DNA from: Guillardia theta CCMP2712
Taxonomy: Eukaryota > Protista > Cryptophyta
Direction: 5' to 3'
Length of the DNA: 51,946 nt
Assembly: GCF_000315625.1 (NCBI RefSeq)
Contig: NW_005434568.1
Location: forward strand, 58,989-110,934
The position numbers were made by a program, and so were the translations under genes. Below are positions 12,834-23,642 of this stretch, piece by piece; position 1 is the first letter of the stretch; every line of letters starts with the position of its first letter. The notes below the pieces were generated by a model, which was not told the DNA's origin, searched no databases, and was given only the letters and a program-made list of their open reading frames with translations.

Positions 12834-13412
12834 TCAAATACACAGATCAGCCTCCACCAGAGAAAGATCCCTTTGAGCCCACGCCCTCCGCCTCCTCCGC
12901 TGACGCGGTGCCACGTCCGTACATGTCCTTAGCCCGTTGATGCAGCGATGGCACGGCCTCCCTTCCTCGCACTTCTGCTTCTTCCGCTTGCACGCCAAGC
13001 AAGCTTGTTTGGTGTAGTTCCTCCTTGTCTTGTCCTCGGCCAGCACAAGCTCTTGCGGTCGGACCACCGCGCCTGGCTGAGCAGCCGCGATGGCTGGGGA
13101 GGCTGGTGCGTCGTCGACCTCCGGTAGCTCCCGAGCAGCTGCCGCTACTGCCATGTCCTGCATCGCTGGCGAAGCTGCCAGGCAGTGTTGGTCGTCAAGA
13201 TCGACGTCGAGCTCGGCGAAGTCGATGAAGGAGAGGAGGTCCTCGGCCCGTACGACCATGTGGGAGATGGCGTCCTCGAGGGGGGAGCACCAGGAGCCAT
13301 GGAGGCTGCTGATACTGCTGCTACTGCTACTGCTACTGCTGATGCTGATGAGATCACTAGTGGTGGTGGTGGTTGTGTTGTTATCATTGGTGGTCGTGTA
13401 ATGGCTTAGCAT
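12834..13412 (-). CDS. Small Zn(II)2Cys6 transcription factor, copy A2
   Basis: 192-aa ATG ORF with the same zinc cluster; ~435-bp core nearly identical to copy A1 in inverted orientation. Confidence 0.8.
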   Translation of the reverse strand: MLSHYTTTNDNNTTTTTTSDLISISSSSSSSSSISSLHGSWCSPLEDAISHMVVRAEDLLSFIDFAELDVDLDDQHCLAASPAMQDMAVAAAARELPEVDDAPASPAIAAAQPGAVVRPQELVLAEDKTRRNYTKQACLACKRKKQKCEEGRPCHRCINGLRTCTDVAPRQRRRRRAWAQRDLSLVEADLCI

Positions 13413-16218
13413 GCTCGATCTCCCCGCACAGAATTTTTGCGCAGGCCTTTACTTCCGCCGCCGCCAGCACCCACCCCCTGATCTCCCATCATTCTCCTAT
13501 CCAAGGACCCCTCGATGTTCGGAGTTTTCGAGGTGCACTCGTCCATTGCATCCGAAAAAAACCTTCAAGGCTTGTTACTCACGACTAGTATCATGGTATA
13601 TCCCCGCGACCACCGCACACCCCACTGTTAAAGCTCCCCCTGACGGGTACTCGCAGCTCTCACGCCGGCCATGCCGTTCACAAGGCCATATGCAGGCTCT
13701 AGCAAAATTGGTCTTTTTTTTCTCCTTGGGAAGGGGTTCATATATACACTTCCATTCAGCTACCCCGGTTTTTGCTCTATTACTGGGGGGTAGTGAGACA
13801 GGGATAAAGTAGGGTGGGGTGATTTGAATTATACTGGCGTGGTACCCTGTCCCCCGCCTTACTTTTTGAAGCACTTCATTTTAATTGTTTAGTCAGCGCT
13901 TCAATCGTACACATCTATGTACGGATGAAGTGCCTCTGGTACAGTCTGTACTATTCTTTTAAAGTGGTTTCGACAGGCGTCTCGAATAAGCCTCCACCCT
14001 AGTGACTTCCTTTGTCTGGAGGGGTAGAGGACCGAAAGATTCTCTCATACCCGTGCATTTCACTGTATCACGGTACGTGGGGGTGCTAATGGAAAAGAAG
14101 GCATTTCGATTGCCGTTTGAGCTCACCACGCCAATACCCCCGGTTCCCCTTCATCACCTTTACGAAAGGCGGGGTGGGTAGCTAGCAAAGAATACAAAAC
14201 TACCCTTTGATTCAAGAGTTTGAAATTGGGAAATAGGGGGTAGGGTGCTATCTCCACTCTCCTCTCCCCAAATCCCCCCTCCCTGGGCAAGCAAGAGATG
14301 GCTGCTTGATCCTTCACCCGCATGCAACGACAAGTCATCATGGTGAGAGGCTTCGAATCTATTGCTGCTTGAATGTGGATGAGAATTTAATCGTCTAATG
14401 TATCCATGTAGATAGACTAAGACCTTTTCTTAGTCTCTGACTTTGAAAGAAAGTTTTGAATTCCGCTTCTCTTACATGACTGCATGACAGAGAAAGCTGT
14501 CTAGGAATGAAGATGTCTTTAGAATACATTGAAAAAGATGAATACACCTTTTCTGCTCTCTTATTCGTTGTTTCAAGCATGAGAGCCGTATGTATGAGGA
14601 TTCAGAGAGGAAGTATGGTTTACAATGCTGCACCATCAGTTTGCAAATGAGGTGCTTTCATGCACTCCAATCTTGCAAATATGCTAGAAAAATTCAAGTA
14701 ATTGCAGTTCAGATCCTCAAAAGCAACATCTTCACATTATTTCTGCTTGAGCATGCATTCAAGATGCTCAAGGATCAACATGCTCCACGTAGCTGTGGCG
14801 ACATGGAAAGTCTGTTTCAACCACAGGATGAGAATCCTACAGCAATCAATGTGGCTTACTAGAGCTACAAGCATACATTGTGCATAATTAGGTTTATTTG
14901 CAACTTTTTGATGTATCTCTGCTATGCAGGCACAACGAAGAAACCAATGTGAGGCTTATTGTGCTGACCATTGAACATGTATTTGATGCTACTTGCGGTT
15001 GTCATTGTAATGAGATTATTGCAAAGAATGATACCTCATGAATGTATAAAGATTTCTGCAATCAGATCACTACCACTTTTGATGTCGATCCCAAGCTTAC
15101 AGTGAGTCGGAATGGTCTACAGGGGAAGCGATGTTTTCATCATCATTCAACCCCTGCATGCATTCTGCATTTATGTGAAATGAAAGAAGATACAGAAATG
15201 CTCTTTAGCATGGCCTCGAATGCAAGACTGAGATCACTTTATTTCACAATAGAACAAATAATACATGTGTGCATACTGTGTTGACGGTTCAAATGTCCGA
15301 CATCACAGCTAGATGAACGCTCAAAACTAATCCCACGCATCAAGAAATCAACACACTCTGCAAATCTGAGAAGTGGAGACTCTCGACGGTGTTCAAGGCT
15401 TAAGACGTCTTGATTGCCTCTGGCGGCATCAGTGTTTACATGCAATCAAACATCCTAACTGCAGTAGGCGAAATGCATGCAGAAATCTTGTGAAACAATC
15501 TATGCAATGCTTGATGTCTAATATAACAAGTGAGCTTGACTAATTACGTGGATCTGCAAAATGATGCAATCTCCATCAAACAAATCTTCAAGGCATCGCA
15601 TGTGGAAAATATGCAATTCAAAAATCATTCATCACAGGGAAGTATCTTATGATTATTCTGCCATAAGGTTGGTGTCAAGTCAAAATGACAAGCGATCTCC
15701 TACACTGGATTCAAACCTCATGTTTTCATCATCTTGTTCTTCATAATAACCTTTTGAACCATGGATCTCACAACGCCATTGCTGCACACTGTGTTGTCAC
15801 CGAACGCATCACCACGAACCTAGCGGTCTCAGGTCTCAAACTGTGCTGACTAGAGAGCTTCAAACCTAACAAAGCCTTGCATGCTGAGATCTGATGCTGG
15901 CTACAGCAGCGGATGGTCTTACAGCGGCATCGTTGGAGGAGCAGCTTTGGTGCTACGTGCCGGCGTGTAGGGGAGACATGAGTCGGGCGTGTACGATGTT
16001 GAAAACATTTCAACCCTCTGAAATGAAAGTTAAAATACATGTAAAGGCCTAGCAGAAATGATAACTAAACTGCACTGGTACTCTTTGGAGGTATCTCTTG
16101 CTGCCGTTGAAAACTTGTTTGAATTCACACGCCACCCCAAAAAAAACTTTCTCGAAAAGAAGAGTGGAAATTAACGAAAGGGCTAAAAGTGAACGGCATG
16201 CAGTCATGCCCTACTTTA

Positions 16219-17300
16219 CTCAAAGTTAAGTTGAAAATCAGTACGACCACTAGTCACTCTTGCGGCTATCTCCGAGGCTCCGGCTGGCGGCGGGCCGGCC
16301 AATGCTAGCCGGTCGCTGCCCGAGGCAGACGTGACACCAGGCTGCGTGACTCTCTCGCTTCCCGGTAGTGTTTGCTCAAAGTTAAGTTAAAAATCAGTTT
16401 CCGAGCCTTCACTGTCAGTTATAAAAACATTTTAAACATTACTGTTCAAGGCTTCTCGATACTATGATAACCCGGGCGTTGACCGACTCGGACCGGGCGC
16501 CCCGGCGGCTGCGGGCCGCGCCGAGTCAGGCTGAGTGTCAGTGGTCACTTGTGACTCTGTGACGTCACGGCACGGTAGCCTAGTACTCACTCGGAGCGCG
16601 GCGCGGTGTGACTACCGTACCGTACCGGGCCGCCGCCGTAGCCGGGCTGGGCTCCGCCGCTGTGCCGCGCAGTGACCGTGCCCCTGGCACCGGGTGCCCG
16701 CCGCGATGATCGGAGCCTCACTTGAAACTTCCGACCGGCGGTTCCCGGAGTCCGGAACCGTGTCGAGCCTGACTCAGTCCGAAGCCTAGGCCCGGCGGCC
16801 GGCGGGGCCCGTCACAGTGATTCATTGAACTCCGACCGTACCGTACCTCCAAGGAAAGCCCGGCGTCCGAGTGACCGGTCAACGATGGCTGGGCTCAACG
16901 CGGCTGCCAGCGCGGCTGCCACAGGCTCCGACTTCCGTACGGCTCAGTCATGAGAGCCGGGCTCCCGGAGTCCCGTACTTTCACGGTACGCACGGTTAGC
17001 CGGGGCCTACCTAGTAGCCTCCCGGGTGGCAGGCGCGGCCCTCGGGCCGACAGGCCGGGCTGGGCCGGCCCTCACTGGGTGACCCGGTACGGTAGTACTG
17101 CGGCAGTAGCCTGGGTGGCCGCTGACTCTGTGAGGCGGCCCTCGGGCCGCCCCCCCGGCGGGGGCACGGCCAAGCCCCTCTGGCAGCCTGGCAGGGCCTG
17201 CCAGCCGCTGGCTCAGACTCCGGGAGCCCCCGTCACGGTCCGAGACCGTCCGATCACTGGCACCCGGCTGTCGGCCACACTCAGGGTGACCCCCTGAGTC
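16219..17300. promoter_or_regulatory. GC-rich palindromic intergenic island 3
   Basis: 24-bp direct repeat CTCAAAGTTAAGTT(G/A)AAAATCAGT (16219, 16376), GTGACGTCAC (16560), TGACTCA (16770), several ACCGTACCGTAC and CCGG words. Confidence 0.5.
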
Positions 17301-17488
17301 TGCTAGATCAGCGTGACGTGGCATACAACAACACTCAAAGAGCACTGAAAGACTCTCACCGACCCTTCTACTTGAACTAGTAGCTAAAGAGGCTGACCCT
17401 CAAATATTACTAATAGATTGAGTCCTTCAGTCCATCATACTATTTTCTAGGCTACACGTCGATCCATCCGAAGATCTCCGTTGGACTC

Positions 17489-18412
17489 TCAGTGGATGAT
17501 GTGGTCCGTGCCAACTTCGACGTACGGCCCGGCTCTGGGTAGTTCACTGACTTGTAGGTCATTGACTTGTAGGTCATTAACATGACTTGTAGGTTGACTT
17601 GACTTGTAGGTGATTGACTTGTAGGTGATTGACTTGTAGGTGATTGACGTGTAGGTGATTGACTTGTAGGTGATTGACTTGTAGGTGATTGACTTGTAGG
17701 TGATTGACTTGTAGGTGATTGACTTGTAGGTGATTGACTTGTAGGTGATTGACTTGTAGGTGATTGACTTGTAGTTTTTTTCCATGAGGCTGACAGTTTT
17801 GATCGAACAAGCCAAACTCACTGTCGTGAGTAACAATCGAGTGCTGATTGAGATCGCAGTATTCTGGTACAACTGCAGCATGTCTCTTACGGGCTCGGAG
17901 GGTATCAATACGTTTGTGGCAGGCCATCTGTTCACGGGGCCGAAGAACACACTGATTGAGTACAGCAAGCCGGTCTGTCGACAGCTGCGAGAGTTTGGGT
18001 TCGCAGGCAAGGAGCAATCCGTTTCAAAAGAGCTCGCAAACTCGATACACGAGATCTCGAAACCTTTACATAGCATGCAAGTATGCCGAGCACTATCGAC
18101 CTCGACCGGAATTTCCTGCAACTGGTCGTTGAGTACTTTGATGGTTTCAGCCTTGCTGGCCGTCAGGTCTGCCATCATTCTGTCATACCTCTCAATCTGT
18201 TTGGCCTTGAGCTCCCTGATGATTTTCTCCAGTCTCATGTGCTCCTGTATCTTTCGATCGAGCAGGAAAGTCAAGACCCTAGTATTCCTCTTATCGCCTG
18301 ATCCTCGTGCTTGTTCTGTGAAGAAGTTCTTAAGTTGGATGTAGTCGTTTTCGGGGAGCGTGCAGTACCGCCGAGTAGGCCATCTGCAGGAGCCAAGTCT
18401 GCAGCAACACAA
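17489..18412 (-). CDS. Hypothetical protein with coiled coil and C-terminal (YKSIT)n repeat
   Basis: 307-codon ORF with a protein-like helical segment (KIQEHMRLEKIIRELKAKQIERYDRMMADL); no family recognised; start uncertain. Confidence 0.4.
   Translation of the reverse strand: MCCCRLGSCRWPTRRYCTLPENDYIQLKNFFTEQARGSGDKRNTRVLTFLLDRKIQEHMRLEKIIRELKAKQIERYDRMMADLTASKAETIKVLNDQLQEIPVEVDSARHTCMLCKGFEISCIEFASSFETDCSLPANPNSRSCRQTGLLYSISVFFGPVNRWPATNVLIPSEPVRDMLQLYQNTAISISTRLLLTTVSLACSIKTVSLMEKNYKSITYKSITYKSITYKSITYKSITYKSITYKSITYKSITYTSITYKSITYKSITYKSSQPTSHVNDLQVNDLQVSELPRAGPYVEVGTDHIIH
17548..17774. repeat. 15-bp tandem repeat GACTTGTAGGTGATT, 11 full units plus degenerate flanking units
   Basis: Units start every 15 bp from 17601 to 17766; one variant unit at 17646. 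Confidence 0.95.
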
Positions 18413-19130
18413 GTCAAGTTAGCGCTGCATCGCAAGCATACTAGAGTGGTGGTAAGAGATCCCCCGCAAGGAGTTGGCCATGGCGAGAATGCTACTGCGC
18501 TAGCGGCTGCCAGCACTTGCAAGCCTGAGCCCCTCCTGTGAATCGGCGACGTGATGCTTGCTAGAACGATCGTGCGTAGGGTACAAGACTTGGTATGCTA
18601 CAGCACGGGTGCTGTCGGTGTTGTTGGTAGGATCGGAGGGTGGTAAGAGGACCCCTTTCTGCCCACTCACTCTCGAATCACGGGGGCCTCCAGACTGCAA
18701 ATTACGGGTGCCGCACGGGTACGGCGGAGCAGCTGGGGCCGCATATCACCTGTCAGTCCTCCTCTGACCCCATTCTGCTGATGAAGCGCATCGTTGTTTT
18801 CGGGTCTCTCTCGTTTTTCGAGTTTCACGGTCATTCGGTTGGCTGAGGACACTGCTGCTTTCTCAGTTTCGAATGCTCGAATACCAAGGCAGGTCAGGAT
18901 CCACAGTTTTAGATAGTTCTGTGAGTTTGTCTTGTCTGAACCAAGGTCCCATGGTCCAGATTCGTCATGCGCTATCTACAGCATGCTCCGATGCAGGTCG
19001 GTTGGGATGCACTGTGAATCCGTTGGCGATCCAATGCTTACAAAAAGAACGAGCGATCATCGTGATAGCTCAACGCGCGACAACCTGGCTGTGCCGTGAG
19101 CTCCCAATGTCGGCCCAGTTGGTAGAGGAT

Positions 19131-19416
19131 GCACGTCTGCTTCTTCTGGCGGCATGATACACAAGCTTGCTTGGTGTGTTTGTTGTTTGTGGATCTGTGC
19201 ACGTTCAAAGTCGGCAGAGCTGCTGCTGTCCCTTCCTCCTCTGCCTCACACGCTGGTACCGACGTAGACTCGAACTCAGCGTGCTCGTCGTTGCTGCTCG
19301 GCTCCAGGTCTGCGAAGTCTATGAACGAGGCGAGGTCATGGGGCTCAACGACGATTTCAGAGATGATCAAGGGGGAGAGGAAGCCGGTGGCATTAGTTAT
19401 TTGTATATCACTTATC
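19131..19416 (-). pseudogene. 5' half of a Zn2Cys6 gene (copy B2, up to Cys3), with internal deletions
   Basis: 19212-19365 matches 20798-20951 (1 mismatch) and 19131-19187 matches 20678-20734; homology stops right after CVSCRQKKQTC. Confidence 0.85.
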
Positions 19417-20542
19417 AGAAACAAATACAATGATGGTCATTTGTAGTGAATCATATTGCATTACATCATGCACATTGCATTACATCATGCGAGAATATGA
19501 TTGGTAGTCTACCATATCACAGAGTATCGTTATGACACATTATGCGAACAATTGTCATCGGTAGGCCATCGTAATTTCTGTGCTACTACTATATCAGACA
19601 TTTAGCCATGCTCAAGAGAACACAGTGCCTCGGTATTTGGAAACCATATCGTCTCGTGCTCGTACCGTCTTACCCTGGCAAATGCATGCGGAGGTATACA
19701 TCGCAAATCCGATGTACTTGACACACTTACCTGTGTAAGAGACTTTCTGGCAACGGGCTATCTGTTGATTTGGTCCTGACCTGTCTGCTGCATGTGGCGC
19801 CTGAGCATCACATCAAATGAAACGATTGATAGGACTCCATTTAAAGCCGGCCGCCAGTATTCTATGCAGATCGGATTATTCTTCATGAGATAATGGTCTG
19901 ACATGTCGATGATTGCGGTGCCAGCGTGACTGTGCGTGTTATACACACAACCTTCGAGAACAAGATAGATCACTAGAACAATCAAGAGTTGTGTTCATTA
20001 GTGAAGACAACCAAGCAGGGCAGACTACTGCTGCTCGCTAGGAAGTGAAGCTCTTTCATTGTCACGTGCCGTCTAGGTGTGCGGCTCATCTACCACAAAC
20101 CAGCCTTGTTGTGATGTAAATTCAAATTGTTTGATGTGTGCCTTCAGATACTGTTCATTCAAATATTAGTCGATTTTTCGGATACAGTGCCCATACCCCG
20201 TGAACAAAAAAATGTTCTTATTCCTTGCAGATGGAGTGCAGAAACCACTCTATTACCTTGCAGATCAGGTTGGTAAAATCAAAATCAAAGACATGTCATT
20301 GAAAGAAGAAGTTGTGGTCACGACATGCCATCGAGTCAATTTGATGTTTACAATGCTTCCTCTTGATTACAAAGTCCCTTCACACCTCAGCTTCGTGTTG
20401 ATCATCCACCGAGAGGCTTACAACAAGTGCATCCCTTGAAAAGTTGACCCGTATTCTTCTCTTCCCATACGTCATCGTCAACCCAGTGATCAGCAACAAA
20501 GCCTAACAATAGCGCTCTCTTTCTGCGAATTGCTGAAACCTG

Positions 20543-21085
20543 TCAGCTCAAACTACTAGGTGCATGGTTCAAACCCTCAGCAGGATCGTCAAGCCTTCTC
20601 CTCTTCAAGCTCTCCGTGTCGTCGTCCGTGCACTTCCTGTGTGCATTGATGCAGCGATGGCATGGCCTCCCGTCCTCGCACTTCTGCTTCTTCTGGCGGC
20701 ATGATACACAAGCTTGCTTGGTGTGTTTGTTGTTCTTCACAAATCTGTACGCTTCAAACCAAGTGATGGCTGGGTCCAGAGTAGTCGCAACGAGGAGCGG
20801 CAGAGCTGCTGCTGTCCCTTCCTCCTCTGCCTCACACGCTGGTACCGACGTAGACTCGAACTCAGCGTGCTCGTCGTTGCTGCTCGGCTCCAGGTCTGCG
20901 AAGTCTATGAACGAGGCGAGGTCATGGGGCTCAACGACGATTTGAGAGATGGCGTCGTCGAGGGAGGAGGCGGAGAGGTTGGACTTGGGGTCGACAGAAG
21001 GTATGCAGTCACCAGGAGGGAGGAGGGTAGGGGAGGAGCAGATCAGGGAGGAGAGGACGCCGGTGACAGGGGGGGAGGCGAGCAT
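20543..21085 (-). CDS. Small Zn(II)2Cys6 transcription factor, copy B1
   Basis: 180-aa ATG ORF with CVSCRQKKQKCEDGRPCHRCINAHRKC; shares the LDDAISQIVVEPHDLASFIDFADLE motif with the A copies. Confidence 0.85.
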   Translation of the reverse strand: MLASPPVTGVLSSLICSSPTLLPPGDCIPSVDPKSNLSASSLDDAISQIVVEPHDLASFIDFADLEPSSNDEHAEFESTSVPACEAEEEGTAAALPLLVATTLDPAITWFEAYRFVKNNKHTKQACVSCRQKKQKCEDGRPCHRCINAHRKCTDDDTESLKRRRLDDPAEGLNHAPSSLS

Positions 21086-21779
21086 TGGAGGCTGCCGGCG
21101 GGGAGGAGGAATTCAGTGCAAAATATCCACACGTTTTTTACCCCGAACACCCTCACTCATTTACAGTACCCACCCTCGTGATACCCCTGATCACACTAGC
21201 AAACACAGTACCTTACTACCCCATTCCCGTTTTCGGGCGGAAGCTTCGCTTTCAAGACCGCATCGGTTGGTGTGAAAGGTGCCGTCGTGGTAGTAAAGTA
21301 CTTGATCCGATGGTAACATGACCTGATGACAGGGGTTGCTCTGTTCCATGTAGGGGTCCATATAAGCAAATCATAGGGGTCCGTAGGAGACATGACAGGG
21401 TCCATTATAATTGAATTTAGATGACCAGCGCTACCTGCTGACTGTCGACTCGTGAACGATAGACAGACCCCCGCATCTACCATGATTTCAAGGGGTCCTG
21501 GCCCAACATGTAGGCAAACTCAGCAGTCACGTTACTCTCGGCATCATGATGTACAACTGCGTAAGTTCCAGGCAAAATGCGGGGGTCCTATATATGAGGC
21601 TGGGACCCACCGGTATTTTTGAGGTAGCATAACGGGGTAGGAAGCCATAAAATGTCGGGAGGGTAGGCTGCACCGTTGAACATAAAGTCCGAACTCAAGG
21701 ACAATCAAAACATCGGCTGCCGGAAATAGAATTTATTACACTGAAAAAAAAAACTTTCAGAAGCAATGACTGTTATCAT

Positions 21780-22980
21780 CAAAGTTGAGTGATCCTTTGA
21801 TCACGAGGACTCCGCCGGGAGACCATCATCGGACTGAGACTGGGCCACATGACTGCGGCCGGGCCAGGTTTTCTAAAAGTTAGTCCAACGTGACATCATG
21901 CCGGGGCCCGGCCGAAACTTGAAACGTAGGGGATTTGACAGTAGTGTACCGTAATTGAAATGATTGCAGGCTTCCGTAGTACCCGTGACCGTACTCAGTA
22001 CTGGACCGGGAGCCGGGCCGGGCCGATCGCCGGGATGGCATCACTGACTCAGTGACTCGGAGTCATCCCGGGATGCCATGATTGACCGCACAGCGCCGCG
22101 CGGCACTGCCGGGCTGATCATCGGATCACTGAGTCACGTGGCCCCGCCCGAACTTACCGTCGGTCACACATACCGTAGTACCGGGCAGTTGAACGGTTTC
22201 CCACCGCTCGCGGTACCTCACTCGTAGTTCATCAATTGGGGTACCTTCTTTGCCAACTTGCCAGTTGATCCGTGGCAGTGGGGGTGGGCTGTCTGGTTTG
22301 AATTTTTGTACGGTACCAGAAATGATTTTTGAGTAATTCAAGTACATAAAAGTTGTTTTTGAGAGACGGGAGTCAAGTTTTAGGATGTATATATGGTACA
22401 AAAGCTCCTGGCAACCCCTCCGAGGCTCTCTGGCAGCGGTTGACCCGAGCCCGGGCCGCCAGTGGGACTCCCGCAACCCGGGTGACCGCCGTAATACCCG
22501 CCGTAGTCCGATCCGACGGTCCGGGACCGTACTCGTTGGCTTTTCAACTCAGTATGCGGGCCGCCTTTGACGGTTGAAAGCCATAGTCGCACCACTGATC
22601 CGAACCGTTCGTCGAGAGACATGCGGCCAAGTTGCACCGGGCGCCGCAGGGCCGCCGCGACTCCCGGAGTCCGATGATCATCCCCGGGCGGGGGCTACCG
22701 TAGTACTCTCACTCCCGGCGGGCCTGGAGGGCCGGGCCCGAGGCCGGGCCGCCCGGGACCGGCGCCGGGCGAACTTGGCAACTTAGTTGGGCTGATCAAT
22801 CATGTTCGGAAACTCATGCAACCTCGCCGGGCCCGGTCACGGTCGAGTCCGATAGTATCACCGCAACTTGGCAACGTAGTACTTCAGTGTGTTCCGATTC
22901 TGACATGCGTAAAAGCTGATAGTACTGTCACTCAGTACTTCAGCTGTAGGCGAGCCCTCAAGGTGGCCAGTCGAAAGCCT
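21780..22980. promoter_or_regulatory. GC-rich palindromic intergenic island 4 (bipartite)
   Basis: AACTTGAA (~21916), odd palindrome TCACTGACTCAGTGA (22041-22055), CATCCCGGGATG (22064-22075), TGAGTCACGTG (22130), AACTTGGCAAC twice. Confidence 0.5.
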
Positions 22981-23642
22981 AGTCACGCGACACTGGTTGG
23001 GTTCTCACTTGCAAGAAAGCCACTTTGATAGACAATGTGAAGCAGAAAACAAAGTTGAAGGAACAAAAGTTTTCCTACTTCTTGCCTTGAGAGAACGTGA
23101 TTTTGTGAAGCTCTTCATCCCTTCTTCCTCCTCTTGTGAAAACTAGGACGAGGGTAGCTAATCTTACTTTACTTTAAATGAGTCTGAGTCGTCACCCATC
23201 GCTTGAGTCACCAACACACGCAAAAATTAGATCTCACGACCGTATGTACAGTGGGCCCGACAACCTGGAGGCGTCTGTTCGCATCATTCACGAAATGTAT
23301 GGTCCAGAAACCAAAAGTGCAGGTCAGACCCAAGTGATGTTTCCTTCCACCTTCAACAAAGGTTGAGGAAAAGTCAGGGGGGTACAAATCCTGAAATAAA
23401 CCGGCCAAGCTTCGACAGTAGCATCCTTTGTTTGCTCCCCTGGCCCCACCCCCTCTGGTCACCGAGCTCGATGTATTGACCCATGGCATGCTTGTGGTTT
23501 CAATCGCAAAACTCCTTTGACGTCTTGTATGGGAAACCTGAGCCGTCAAAGTGGCTGCCGCGCTCGATCATTGAGTGCAAGGAGATCGTGGCAATCAGAT
23601 TGCATGTCCAACCCAGTAAAGACACAACTCTGCCCAGCTGTG

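Noticed and set aside
16950-17345. Arg/Gly/Pro-rich ORFs over GC islands (also 539-847, 9154-9605, 22126-23028, 40895-41657)
   Set aside because: Open frames on both strands are expected from extreme GC content; no recognisable domains
17548-17774. CRISPR-like array
   Set aside because: Units are head-to-tail with no unique spacers; eukaryotic context with no cas genes
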